DNA of 27,339 nucleotides. It comes from Rhodospirillales bacterium (lineage in GTDB: Bacteria; Pseudomonadota; Alphaproteobacteria; Micavibrionales; UBA2020). The stretch lies in NCBI GenBank assembly GCA_023266795.1, contig JAHFPI010000002.1, forward strand, positions 1 to 27,339, given 5' to 3'. The notes beneath the pieces were generated by a model. It was not told the DNA's origin and did no database searches. It was given only the letters and a program-made list of their open reading frames with translations. Position 1 is the first letter of the stretch. The number at the start of each line of letters is the position of its first letter. Shown here in pieces: positions 1-10,807 of this stretch. The position numbers and the translations under genes are program-made.

Positions 1-398
1 GTCCGCCCGTTGGTCCAGTAAGTATCCGGGCATACGCCGCCGCCATTCCAGCCGGTGTACTGGCAGGGCCGTGCCATATAAATGACGTTGTCGGCTTTGT
101 CCTTGGCGGCGAGGCGCAGGGTCATCGGCTCGGGCGGCGTCGGGTTGAGTGATTTCTGGTGCGTGCCCAGCCACGCCAGCCCGTCGCCCTCGATATAAAC
201 ATCCGCCGGCGCGTCCGGCTTGTTCACCCGCTCCCAGACCGTCAGGTTGAAAATTCCGGCGGGAATCACCCGTTCGGACAGCGCGGCGGGCAGGGCAACG
301 CCGACCGCCGCGTTATGCCGCGCCTCAAGCGAGAGATGGGTGCAGCCGGAAAGGGCGCTGGCCGCGAGCAGCATGAACAAGGCTTGTTTCTTCACCAT
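1..398 (-). CDS. Putative lipoprotein alpha/beta-hydrolase-family protein, 5' part only (runs off the window start)
   Basis: Not in the ORF track; translated by hand from ATG at 398: MVKKQALFMLLAASALSGCTHL... with lipobox LSGC, then VYIEGDGLAW, NPTP, NVIYMARPCQY, YWTNGR. This motif set recalls a proteobacterial alpha/beta hydrolase family. The frame is open to the window edge; the catalytic serine is not visible. Confidence 0.65.
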   Translation of the reverse strand, partial: MVKKQALFMLLAASALSGCTHLSLEARHNAAVGVALPAALSERVIPAGIFNLTVWERVNKPDAPADVYIEGDGLAWLGTHQKSLNPTPPEPMTLRLAAKDKADNVIYMARPCQYTGWNGGGVCPDTYWTNGR

Positions 399-400
399 GA

Positions 401-428
401 TTGACTCTGGCACACCATACGGCATAAT
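401..428 (+). promoter_or_regulatory. Putative sigma70 promoter for prmB
   Basis: TTGACT (401-406), 16 bp, CATAAT (423-428); SD-like GAGGAG just upstream of the ATG at 447. The -35 overlaps a GANTC site (403-407). Confidence 0.5.
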
Positions 429-446
429 TTCAAGTGAGGAGAAAAC

Positions 447-1334
447 ATGCCCCAAAGCCCGAAAATAACCGCAGAACTATTGACCGTGCGCGATTTTATC
501 CGTTACGGCGTGAGCTGTTTTAACAGGGCGGGGCTGGTTTACGGCCACGGCACGGACAACGCCTTCGACGAAGCGGCGTGGCTGGTGCTGGAGACTCTGC
601 ACCTGCCGGTCGGCGAACTGGAGCCGTATCTCGACGCGCGCCTGACCGCGCCGGAGCGCAAGGCCGTGGCGGCGATTATCGCGCGGCGCATCAAAACCCG
701 CAAGCCCGCCGCCTATCTGCTCAACAAGGCGTATATTCAGGGCGTTCCCTTTTATGTCGACGAGAGGGTGATCGTGCCGCGCTCGTTCATCGGCGAGATG
801 CTGTGCGCGGAGGATTTTGCGCTGACGGATGAATCGGATACCGTGCTGGACCTGTGCACCGGCTCCGGCTGTCTGGCGATTCTCGCGGCGCTGGCCTTCC
901 CGTCTGCGGCGGTCGATGCGGTGGACCTGTCGGCGGAAGCGCTGGCGGTGGCGAAGCGCAATGTCGCGGAGCACGGCCTTGAGGGCCGCATCACCCTGTT
1001 CAAGGGCGATTTGTTCAAGCCGCTGAAGAACAAAAAATATGACCTGATTATTTCCAACCCGCCCTATGTCGATGCGCCGGCGATGAAAGCGTTGCCGCCG
1101 GAATACCGCCACGAGCCGGTAATGGCGCTGGCGGCGGGGAAGGACGGGCTGGACATCGTGCGGCGCATTTTGAAGGAAGCGCCGGCGCACCTGACGCCGA
1201 ACGGCGGCCTGCTGTGCGAAATCGGGCAGGGCCGCGTCCGGCTGGAAGACGAATACCCGCAGCTGGAATTTCTCTGGCTGGACTCAGAGATGAGCGAAGG
1301 CGAGGTTTTCTGGCTGACGCGCGAGCAGTTTTAA
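447..1334 (+). CDS. prmB: 50S ribosomal protein L3 N5-glutamine methyltransferase
   Basis: 295 aa; YGHGTDNAFDEA N-terminal motif typical of PrmB, FYVDERVIVPRS, SAM-binding LDLCTGSG, NPPY, HEP..ALAAG.DGLD. Confidence 0.95.
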   Translation: MPQSPKITAELLTVRDFIRYGVSCFNRAGLVYGHGTDNAFDEAAWLVLETLHLPVGELEPYLDARLTAPERKAVAAIIARRIKTRKPAAYLLNKAYIQGVPFYVDERVIVPRSFIGEMLCAEDFALTDESDTVLDLCTGSGCLAILAALAFPSAAVDAVDLSAEALAVAKRNVAEHGLEGRITLFKGDLFKPLKNKKYDLIISNPPYVDAPAMKALPPEYRHEPVMALAAGKDGLDIVRRILKEAPAHLTPNGGLLCEIGQGRVRLEDEYPQLEFLWLDSEMSEGEVFWLTREQF

Positions 1335-1337
1335 CTT

Positions 1338-1356
1338 ATTTATCAAATAGATAAAT
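1338..1356. promoter_or_regulatory. Perfect inverted repeat, possible operator upstream of the DUF1566 pair
   Basis: ATTTATC-AAATA-GATAAAT, ending 4 bp before the predicted -35 box. AT-rich, so it could be chance. Confidence 0.3.
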
Positions 1357-1360
1357 TATA

Positions 1361-1389
1361 TTGTCATATTGCAAACAATCCCCTATATT
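1361..1389 (+). promoter_or_regulatory. Putative sigma70 promoter giving a leaderless transcript for the first DUF1566 gene
   Basis: TTGTCA (1361-1366), 17 bp, TATATT (1384-1389); ATG at 1396 sits at the expected +1 and no SD precedes it. Confidence 0.5.
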
Positions 1390-1395
1390 ACTGTT

Positions 1396-1923
1396 ATGCA
1401 AAAATCGGACAAGCAACAGCTGACAGACGCGCAAAAGAAAGCTGCGGAATTTCTCACCCGGCCAAAGCCGGATTTTGCTGTCTGGCGCAGGGAAAGGGAA
1501 GTGGCGGCGGCGGCGCGCGCCACGATCGGCGATGTCATGGAGGACGGCACGGTTTATGCGGGCTTCTCGCCGGAGAGAAACGCCTACATGTTTGTCCCCA
1601 CCGAAGGGTCTCCCGCGCTTGTCTCCTTTAATCAGGCGGCGCAATACGTCCGGGAATGCAGCGCGCATGGCTATACGGACTGGCAGCTGCCCACGCGGGA
1701 AGAACTGAAAATTTTCATCATCAACAAAGAAGCCGGCGCCCTGAAGGGGACTTTCAACGCCCGCTCTTACTGGTCATCCACGGCAGACGAGCATAACCCG
1801 GATTTTAACTGCATCGTGGATTCCAAATACTGCAGCGTTAAGTCTTATGCTTACAGGGACAACGAAAAAAACATCGAAGGCTGCCGCCCCGTGCGCTACG
1901 TCGCCGCTGCGCCGCAGGTTTGA
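1396..1923 (+). CDS. DUF1566 / Lcl C-terminal-domain (C-type lectin fold) protein, paralog 1
   Basis: IGDVMEDGTVYAG, SFNQAAQY, AHGYTDWQLPTREEL, YWSST, CRPVR match the DUF1566 pattern W.LPT..EL...YWSS...R.VR. ATG 1396 preferred over TTG 1369. No signal peptide seen. Confidence 0.75.
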   Translation: MQKSDKQQLTDAQKKAAEFLTRPKPDFAVWRREREVAAAARATIGDVMEDGTVYAGFSPERNAYMFVPTEGSPALVSFNQAAQYVRECSAHGYTDWQLPTREELKIFIINKEAGALKGTFNARSYWSSTADEHNPDFNCIVDSKYCSVKSYAYRDNEKNIEGCRPVRYVAAAPQV

Positions 1924-1928
1924 AGAAT

Positions 1929-2479
1929 ATGCCGGAACCGGACAAACAGCCCCCGACAGACGCCCAGAAGAAAGCCGCTAAATTCCTGATCCGGCCTAAG
2001 TCGGATTTCACCGCGTGGCGCAAGGCGCGGGAAGAAGAGCGGGCGCAGGCCTTTGCCAAAGCGATGGCGCATGCCAAAATCGGCGATGTCATGCCGGACG
2101 GCACGGTTTATGCGGGGATTTCCCTGCCTATGAATGCGCACCTCTTTGTCACGCCGCAGGATGCCGCCGTTGCCATGCAGTTTAATGAAGCCGCAAAATA
2201 CACCAGAGAGCTTGACGCCCACGGCCATCAGGACTGGCGCCTGCCGACGATTGAGGAATTGCAGCTGCTCTTCCGCAACAATCAGAAGGGCGCGCTGAAG
2301 GGCACCTTTAATACAACGGGCAGGAATGGGTCTTTCTGGTATTGGTCAGGCACTCTCATGGGCGCTCACGGCAATATCATCAGGGTGGCGCGGTTTTCCG
2401 ATGGGCTTGAGGCATGGGGTACGGCCTTGAGGGGCCCTCCCAACTGCCGCCCTGTGCGTCTGGTGCCGGTTTTCGCAGT

Positions 2480-2483
<4 letters not shown>
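1929..2483 (+). CDS. DUF1566 / Lcl C-terminal-domain protein, paralog 2
   Basis: IGDVMPDGTVYAG, QFNEAAKY, LDAHGHQDWRLPTIEEL, WYWSGT, RFSDG, CRPVR. ATG 1929 aligns with the start of paralog 1 (track start TTG 1920). The stop overlaps the recQ stop convergently. Confidence 0.8.
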
Positions 2484-4296
<1,813 letters not shown>

Positions 4297-4300
<4 letters not shown>

Positions 4301-5052
4301 GGATTGGCTTTTAAGCTTTTCAGCAACATGGCTGAATATTTTCTTGCTATCTCTGGTTCAGGTTTTGCTTCTTCCAGAAAATTAGAAAAAGCGCTTTTCG
4401 CACTGCTTTCTATCTGAAGCATAAATTCGTTTTGATTGCGAGATGCTCTAAAACTTGTGATAAATCGTCCATTGCCGCTGCGGGTTTCAATCTTAAAGAT
4501 ATCTTGTTCCATCTGCCGCCCCTTGTAAGAACGTATATCACTATCCAGATTCTGGGTCATGTACACTTCCGGAAATAGCGTTGCCCAATGTGTTCGAAAT
4601 CTATCGACTTGCACGAAACTTTCGCCTTTTTCATTTTCCTGCAAACTAAATTCAAGTTTCACCATGTATGGGTTGGTTTCAAAGGTGTAGGAATCGCTTT
4701 CTTTTGCAAAAATAACACCGTCATCTCCAAATTTTTTATGAAACTCTTCTTCAAAAATTTTACGAGTCATACGCATAAAATCTTCATCCGTAAATTTTAC
4801 TTCGGTGGGGATCACTGAGAAGTGGCCGCTGGGTGGGTTGATATGGGCGGTACCGATTTTCGCGTCTATGGCGATAACATCAAAATAGCGCAGTAGCCCA
4901 TGAAGACGATAATCGCCGGGTTTAAGTTCTTCTTTCTCTCCCCAAAATTGGCAATGTTCAATGCCGCTACAGTAAATATATCTTTTTATTCCCATTCCGA
5001 AGAAAACAATAAGAACGGCAATTCCTAAAAACGCTTTTGATTTGACCCCCAT
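4297..5052 (-). CDS. Hypothetical protein with N-terminal membrane anchor or signal, low GC
   Basis: ATG at 5052 with GGAGG SD upstream (track start 5136 overlaps mrp); 251 aa; hydrophobic AFLGIAVLIVFFGMGI; stop overlaps the recQ start (ATGA). Sample lines: 24/60 G+C at 4321-4380, 20/60 at 4681-4740. Confidence 0.7.
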
Positions 5053-5075
5053 CCCAAACCCTCCAACAGTGTCTT

Positions 5076-6170
5076 CTACCCCCGCGCCGTCCTTGGCGCC
5101 TGCGGCACGGTTTTTTCTGCGGGCAGGGCCGTCCATATCCGCGCGGCGATGTTTTTGAAGGATTCGCTGACGGCGTGGGCGTTCTGGGCGGCGACGATCG
5201 GGGTGCCGGCGTCGGCGGCGGCGCGGATGTCGATGTGCAGCGGGATTTCGCCGAGGAAGGTCACGCCGAGTTTTTCAGCGGCAATTTTCACGCCGCCGTG
5301 GGCGAAAATATCCTCGCGGTGTCCGCAGTTTGAGCAGAGGTGATAGCTCATGTTCTCGATCAGCCCGAGTATCGGCACATCGACCTTCTGGAACATCAGC
5401 AGGCCTTTCTTGGCTTCGCTGAGCGCGACGTCCTGCGGCGTGGAGATAATTACCGCGCCGGAGAGCGGCACGTGCTGCGCGAGGCTGAGCTGCGCGTCAC
5501 CGGTGCCGGGCGGCATGTCGATGACCAGCATGTCGAGATCACCCCAGTCCACATCACGCAGCAGCTGCTGGAGCGCGGTATGCACCATCGGCCCGCGCCA
5601 GATGACCGGCGCGGTCTCGTCGACGAAAAAGCCCATCGACATAATTTTTAATCCATGCGCCACCGGCGGGATGATCAGCTCGTCCTTGTTGGTGTCGGGG
5701 CGGAGGCGAATGCCCATCATGCGCGGCTGCGACGCGCCGTAAATATCGGCGTCGAGCAGTCCGGTTTTTTTGCCCATCGCGGCGAAGGCCAGCGCGAGAT
5801 TGGCGGCGACGGTCGATTTGCCGACCCCGCCCTTGCCGGAGGCGATAGCGATGATGTGCTTGACGTGCGGGGCGACGGGGTTCTCGGAAATTTTATGCAT
5901 CGGCTGTTGCTGCCGCGCCGCCGGCGCGGGAGGCGGTGCTTTTCTCTCGGCGGTCAGCACCGCCATCACCGACGTCACGCCGGGGATTTTTTTGACCGCC
6001 GCTTCCGCCGCCAGCCGCAGCGGTTCGAGCTGCTTGCCTTTCGCGGGGTCTACGGCGATGGCGAAAACCACCTTGCCGCCGTCAATCGCGATGTCGGAAA
6101 CCATGTTCTGGTTAAGATCGTCCACGTCATAGAGGGCGGCGAGGACTTTTTCTGCTGTTAAAACGGCCAT
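5076..6170 (-). CDS. mrp: Mrp/ApbC (NBP35-family) Fe-S cluster carrier ATPase
   Basis: N-terminal DUF59-like domain, ASGKGGVGKST, DADIYG, WRGPM, DMPPGTGD, ENMS..CSNC. Confidence 0.95.
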   Translation of the reverse strand: MAVLTAEKVLAALYDVDDLNQNMVSDIAIDGGKVVFAIAVDPAKGKQLEPLRLAAEAAVKKIPGVTSVMAVLTAERKAPPPAPAARQQQPMHKISENPVAPHVKHIIAIASGKGGVGKSTVAANLALAFAAMGKKTGLLDADIYGASQPRMMGIRLRPDTNKDELIIPPVAHGLKIMSMGFFVDETAPVIWRGPMVHTALQQLLRDVDWGDLDMLVIDMPPGTGDAQLSLAQHVPLSGAVIISTPQDVALSEAKKGLLMFQKVDVPILGLIENMSYHLCSNCGHREDIFAHGGVKIAAEKLGVTFLGEIPLHIDIRAAADAGTPIVAAQNAHAVSESFKNIAARIWTALPAEKTVPQAPRTARG

Positions 6171-6249
6171 TTTTTACAATTTCTTTATCTGTGAGGGTGT
6201 ACTAAGATGTCTTATAACTGTTTTGTGATGTCATAACAAGGATATATCT

Positions 6250-7401
6250 ATGACGTGGGATGATCAGGATAATAAAGACGGCGGCGGCAAAGGCCCCTGG
6301 GGCTCCAGAGAGGGCGGCAAAGGCGACAAGCCGAAAACCCCGTGGGATCCGCAGCGCGGCGAAAGCAATCCCGATCTGGATGCCATGCTGCGTCAGGCGC
6401 AGGACAAATTCGGCGGTCTTTTCGGCGGCAAATCCCCCAACGAAGGCAAAAAGGGTATCAGCCTTCTCGTTCTGATCATCGCCGCCCTGTGGCTCGGCAC
6501 TGGATTTTACAGAGTATTACCAGGCGAAAATGTGGTTCTATTGACTTTCGGAAAATGGACAAGCACCCGCAGCGAGGCGGGCGCCGGCTATCACATGCCC
6601 TGGCCCATCCAGACGGTGATGGCGGTGAACGTCGCGTTCGACCGCCGCGTGGAAGTCGGCTTCCGCGACCAGCCGCCCAGCCGGATCGCCGGCGAGGCCA
6701 CGGAAAAGAATAACGTCCTCTCCGAAAGCCAGATGCTGACGGGGGACGAGAATATCGTCGACATCGATTTCGTGGTGATGTGGCGGGTCAGCGATGCGAA
6801 GAACTACCTGTTCCAGATCCGCGATCCGGAGACGACCGTCAAGAAAGTCGCCGAAAGCGCGATGCGCGAGACCATCGGCCGCTCGGCCATCCAGAAGGCG
6901 CTGACCGAGGGCCGAGCCGACATCGAGGCGCGGACGAAAGACCTGATGCAGAAAATGCTCGACGGCTATCAGTCGGGCATCGTGATCAACAGCGTGCAGC
7001 TGCTGCGGGTGGACCCGCCGGCGCCGGTGGTTGACGCGTTCGACGACGTGCAGCGCGCCCGCGCCGACAAGGAGCGCACCAAGAACGAGGCCGAAACCTA
7101 CCGCAACGACATCGTGCCGCGTGCGCGCGGCGACGCGCAGAAGCTGTTGCAGGACGCCGAAGCCTACAAGGCCGCCGTCCTCAGCAAGGCGACGGGCGAG
7201 GCCGCCCGCTTCCTTTCCGTCTATGACGCGTATGTCGAAGCCAAGGACGTGACGACCAAACGCATTTATATCGAAACCATGCAGCAGGTCATGCAGAACA
7301 GCAAAAAGATAGTGCTGGAGGACGGCAAGAGCGGTCCCGTTCTGCCTTATCTGCCGCTTGACTCGTTGCAGGGCCGGGCGAAAGCCGCGCCGGCGCAGTA
7401 A
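6250..7401 (+). CDS. hflK: FtsH protease modulator HflK
   Basis: Gly-rich N-terminus with GPWG, one TM segment, SPFH domain MLTGDENIVDIDF, FDDVQRARAD, EAEAY/DAEAY-type coiled region. Confidence 0.95.
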   Translation: MTWDDQDNKDGGGKGPWGSREGGKGDKPKTPWDPQRGESNPDLDAMLRQAQDKFGGLFGGKSPNEGKKGISLLVLIIAALWLGTGFYRVLPGENVVLLTFGKWTSTRSEAGAGYHMPWPIQTVMAVNVAFDRRVEVGFRDQPPSRIAGEATEKNNVLSESQMLTGDENIVDIDFVVMWRVSDAKNYLFQIRDPETTVKKVAESAMRETIGRSAIQKALTEGRADIEARTKDLMQKMLDGYQSGIVINSVQLLRVDPPAPVVDAFDDVQRARADKERTKNEAETYRNDIVPRARGDAQKLLQDAEAYKAAVLSKATGEAARFLSVYDAYVEAKDVTTKRIYIETMQQVMQNSKKIVLEDGKSGPVLPYLPLDSLQGRAKAAPAQ

Positions 7402-7444
7402 GGGAAAATGATGTTTTTAGCTTTTACAATCGAATGTGCAATTA

Positions 7445-7539
7445 CGCCACCCCGCCGCAGGGCGGGGTCTGGCCGCACGAAGTGCCTTCATAAATGCGGC
7501 TTTGCCGCGTGCCGGATGCCGCCCTGCGGCGGCATGGCG
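7445..7539. repeat. REP-like palindromic dimer (CGTC-type architecture, CGCC variant) between hflK and hflC
   Basis: Left CGCCACCCCGCCGCAGGGCGG (7445-7465) is the reverse complement of right CCGCCCTGCGGCGGCATGGCG (7519-7539) at 19/21 positions. Each arm is itself a hairpin (CCCCGCC-GCAG-GGCGGGG). Same layout as the elements at 14188, 14976 and 15833. Confidence 0.65.
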
Positions 7540-7556
7540 ATAGGGAGAAAATAACC

Positions 7557-8426
7557 ATGTCGAAGAGTCATACCGTCCTGTTCGTATTTATCCTGTTCGC
7601 CGTGGTGCTGCTCGGGCAGTCGGCGTTCATCGTGCCGGAGGCGCAGCAGGCGCTGGTGCTGCAGTACGGCAAACTGATGGAAAAACACACCAGCCCCGGC
7701 CTGAAGTTCAAGATACCGTTCATCCAGCAGGTGGTGGTGTTCGACAAGCGCGTGCTGGACGTCGACCCGCCGCCGGAGGAAGTCATCCTCGCCGACCAGA
7801 AGCGGCTGGTGGTGGACACTTTCGCCCGCTACAAGATCAACGACATGCTGGGCTTCTATACGTCATGGCAGACCGAGAGCCAGGCGAACACGCGCCTGAA
7901 TAACATCATCAATTCCACCCTGCGCAGCATCCTTGGCAACGCGACGCTCGGCGACGTGCTGTCGGAGAAGCGCGACCAGTTGATGGCGACGGTGAAGCAG
8001 CAGGTCAATACCGCCGTCACGCAGTTCGGCATCGAGATCGTGGATATCCGCATCGGCCGCGCCGACCTGCCGGAGCAGACCAGCCAGGCGATTTACGCGC
8101 GGATGCGCACCGAGCGCCAGCGGGAAGCCGCCGAGTTCCGCGCGCAGGGACAGGAGCAAGCGCAGGAAATCCGCTCCAAGGCGGATAAGGAGCGCACCGT
8201 CCTGCTGGCCGAAGCCGAGAAGCAGGCGCAGATCAGCCGTGGGCAGGGCGATTCCGACGCGATCAAGATTTACGCCGCCGCCTTCAAAAAAGACCCGGAG
8301 TTTTATGCGTTTTACCGCACGATGGAAGCCTACCGCGACAGCCTGTCCGGCGATAACACCACGCTGGTGCTGTCACCGGACAACGATTTCCTGCGCTATT
8401 TCAGGGGAGAGTCCGGCAAGCGGTAA
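7557..8426 (+). CDS. hflC: FtsH protease modulator HflC
   Basis: ATG 7557 with GGGAG SD (the track start 7494 lies in the repeat); PGLKFKIPF, DQKRLVVD, RMRTERQREA, DPEFYAFYRTMEAY. Confidence 0.95.
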   Translation: MSKSHTVLFVFILFAVVLLGQSAFIVPEAQQALVLQYGKLMEKHTSPGLKFKIPFIQQVVVFDKRVLDVDPPPEEVILADQKRLVVDTFARYKINDMLGFYTSWQTESQANTRLNNIINSTLRSILGNATLGDVLSEKRDQLMATVKQQVNTAVTQFGIEIVDIRIGRADLPEQTSQAIYARMRTERQREAAEFRAQGQEQAQEIRSKADKERTVLLAEAEKQAQISRGQGDSDAIKIYAAAFKKDPEFYAFYRTMEAYRDSLSGDNTTLVLSPDNDFLRYFRGESGKR

Positions 8427-8444
8427 GATTGAGAAGGTTCTGCC

Positions 8445-8633
8445 ATGATGGATTTGCTGACGGCGCTGGGGTTGATGTTTGTGCTGGAGGGGGCGATGTA
8501 CGCCCTGTTTCCGGAGGGGATGCGGCAGATGATGACCCGCGTCCTGACCCTGCCGGTGAAGCAGTTGCGGATGGCGGGGTTGTTTCTGGCGGTTTTCGGT
8601 TTTGTGATTGTCGCGGTGTTGCGGGGGTATTGA
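8445..8633 (+). CDS. DUF2065 (YjeT-like) small membrane protein
   Basis: 62 aa, ALGLMFVLEG..YALFP..MR..LR..GL; usual position directly after hflKC. Confidence 0.9.
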   Translation: MMDLLTALGLMFVLEGAMYALFPEGMRQMMTRVLTLPVKQLRMAGLFLAVFGFVIVAVLRGY

Positions 8634-8636
8634 TCA

Positions 8637-10799
8637 ATGATCCGGCAGTATGAGCTGATAGAGCGCATCAAGGCCTACGATCCGGACGTGGACGAGGACC
8701 TGATCAACCGCGCCTACGTTTACGCCATGAAGATGCACGGCGCCCAGACCCGCGCCTCCGGCGACCTGTATTTCTCGCATCCGCTCGAAGTGGCCGGCAT
8801 CATGACCGAGATGAAGATGGACCAGGCTGCGGTCTGCACGGCGCTGCTGCACGACACGGTCGAGGATACGCTGGCGACGCTGGACGAGATCAAGCGCCTG
8901 TTCGGCGACGAAATATGCCGGCTGGTCGACGGCGTGACCAAGCTCTCGCGCATCGAGTTCCAGAGCGCGCAGGAAAAGCAGGCGGAGAACTTCCGCAAGC
9001 TGGTGCTGGCCATGTCGTCGGACATCCGCGTGCTGCTGGTGAAGCTGGCCGACCGCCTGCACAACATGCGCACCCTGCACCACATCGACAAGCCGGAGAA
9101 AAGGAAGCGCATCGCGCTGGAGACCATCGAGATTTACGCGCCGCTGGCCGAGCGCATCGGCATCCACCGCATCAAGGAGGAGCTGGAGGATATCGCCTTC
9201 GGCGAGCTCAACCCCGAGGCGCGGGAGAGCATCCTCACCCGCCTGAACTTCCTGCGCGCCGAGGGCGGCGAGGCGGTGGTGGAAAGCATCATCGGCGAGC
9301 TCAAGAAAAAGATCGGTGAGGCGGGCATCAAGTCCGATATTCTGGGCCGCGAAAAGACGCGCTATTCCATCTGGAAGAAAATGCAGCGCAAGAACATCGC
9401 CTTCGAGCAGCTCTCCGACATCATGGCGTTCCGCGTCATCGTGGCCGACATACAGGAGTGCTATCACGCGCTGGGCGTCATCCACGGCCTCTATCCGACG
9501 GTGCCGGGGCGCTTCAAGGATTACATTTCCCTGCCCAAGTCCAACGGCTACCGCAGCCTCCATACCACCGTCATCGGCCCCGAAAACCACCGCATCGAAA
9601 TCCAGATCCGCACGCCGGAAATGCATGAGGAGGCTGAGCTGGGCGTCGCCGCCCACTGGTCTTATAAAGAGGGCGGCGGCAAAACCGACGGCCGCCAGTA
9701 CCGCTGGCTCAGGGAGCTGATGGACATTGTCGAGCACGCGCAGAAGCCCGAGGAATTTCTCGAAAACACCAAGCTGGAGCTGTATCAGGATCAGGTGTTC
9801 TGTTTCACGCCCAACGGCGATCTGATCGCGCTGCCGCGCGGCGCGACGCCGATTGACTTCGCCTATGCGGTGCATTCGACGCTGGGCGACAAGACGGTGG
9901 GCGCCAAGGTGAACGGCCGCATCATCCCGCTCAACACGCAGCTGGTGAACGGCGACCAGGTCGAGATCACGACGTCGAAAAGCCAGACGCCCTCCCCCAA
10001 CTGGGAAAGGTTCGTCGTCACCGGCAAGGCCAAGGCGCGCATCCGCCGTTTTGTGCGCCAGCAGCAGCATGAGGAGTACATGAACCTCGGCAAGGCCATG
10101 CTGCAAAAGGTGCTGAAGCAGGAAGGCTACGACTACAACGAAAAGAATTTCACCAGCGATTTCTGCCACGGGTTCAAGACGAACAACGTCGATGAACTGC
10201 TGGTCGGCATCGGCTCCGGGCATATCAGCAGCCGCGAGGTGTTTTATACGCTGCATCCCGATCACCGCCCCAAGGAGCCGCCGCAGACCATCCAGAGCAT
10301 GATCGAAACGGCGGAAAAGAAGACTCACCAGAAGGGCAAGTCGGCGCCCATGCCGATCAAGGGGCTGATCCCCGGCATGGCGCTGCACTTCGCGCGCTGC
10401 TGCCACCCGCTGCCGGGCGACCGGATCGTCGGCATCGTGATGACCGGCAAGGGCGTGACCATCCACACCATTGACTGCGAAACGCTAGAATCCTTCGCCG
10501 ACACGCCGGAGCGCTGGCTGGACATCGCGTGGGAGGAGGGCGAGGACAGCCCGGAATCCCATGTCGGGCGGCTGATCGTCACCATCGCCAACACGCCGGG
10601 CAGCCTCGGCACGCTCTCCACCGTCATCGGCAAGAACGGCGGCAATATCACCAACCTGAAGATCGTCAACCGCTCGCTCGATTTCTGGGACATGATGATC
10701 GACGTGTATGTGCGCGATTCCAAGCACCTCAGCGACATCATCGCGTCGATGCGCGCCACGCCGGAAATCACCGCCGTCAACCGGGCGCGGAGCAGGTAG
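8637..10799 (+). CDS. rel: Bifunctional (p)ppGpp synthetase/hydrolase (long RSH, Rel)
   Basis: 720 aa; HD hydrolase YFSHPLEVA..HDTVEDT, KLADRLHNMRTL, synthetase RFKDY..PKSNGYRSLHT, EIQIRT, TGS (TPIDFAY.VH), CCHPLPGD, C-terminal ACT. Confidence 0.96.
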   Translation: MIRQYELIERIKAYDPDVDEDLINRAYVYAMKMHGAQTRASGDLYFSHPLEVAGIMTEMKMDQAAVCTALLHDTVEDTLATLDEIKRLFGDEICRLVDGVTKLSRIEFQSAQEKQAENFRKLVLAMSSDIRVLLVKLADRLHNMRTLHHIDKPEKRKRIALETIEIYAPLAERIGIHRIKEELEDIAFGELNPEARESILTRLNFLRAEGGEAVVESIIGELKKKIGEAGIKSDILGREKTRYSIWKKMQRKNIAFEQLSDIMAFRVIVADIQECYHALGVIHGLYPTVPGRFKDYISLPKSNGYRSLHTTVIGPENHRIEIQIRTPEMHEEAELGVAAHWSYKEGGGKTDGRQYRWLRELMDIVEHAQKPEEFLENTKLELYQDQVFCFTPNGDLIALPRGATPIDFAYAVHSTLGDKTVGAKVNGRIIPLNTQLVNGDQVEITTSKSQTPSPNWERFVVTGKAKARIRRFVRQQQHEEYMNLGKAMLQKVLKQEGYDYNEKNFTSDFCHGFKTNNVDELLVGIGSGHISSREVFYTLHPDHRPKEPPQTIQSMIETAEKKTHQKGKSAPMPIKGLIPGMALHFARCCHPLPGDRIVGIVMTGKGVTIHTIDCETLESFADTPERWLDIAWEEGEDSPESHVGRLIVTIANTPGSLGTLSTVIGKNGGNITNLKIVNRSLDFWDMMIDVYVRDSKHLSDIIASMRATPEITAVNRARSR

Positions 10800-10807
10800 G
10801 GGGCCGC

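Noticed and set aside
159-468. Plus-strand ORFs 159-404 and 220-468
   Set aside because: They overlap the minus-strand lipoprotein hydrolase gene and have no recognisable features.
6171-6249. Imperfect palindrome TTGTGA-TG-TCATAA in the mrp/hflK divergent gap
   Set aside because: Short, mismatched and in AT-rich DNA; no regulator consensus can be assigned.
7494-7556. N-terminal extension of HflC in the ORF track
   Set aside because: Starts inside the repeat; the SD and TM segment support ATG 7557.
8634-10466. 610-aa minus-strand ORF
   Set aside because: Antisense shadow of rel caused by high GC3 codon usage; no recognisable motifs, and the plus strand is a clear Rel.
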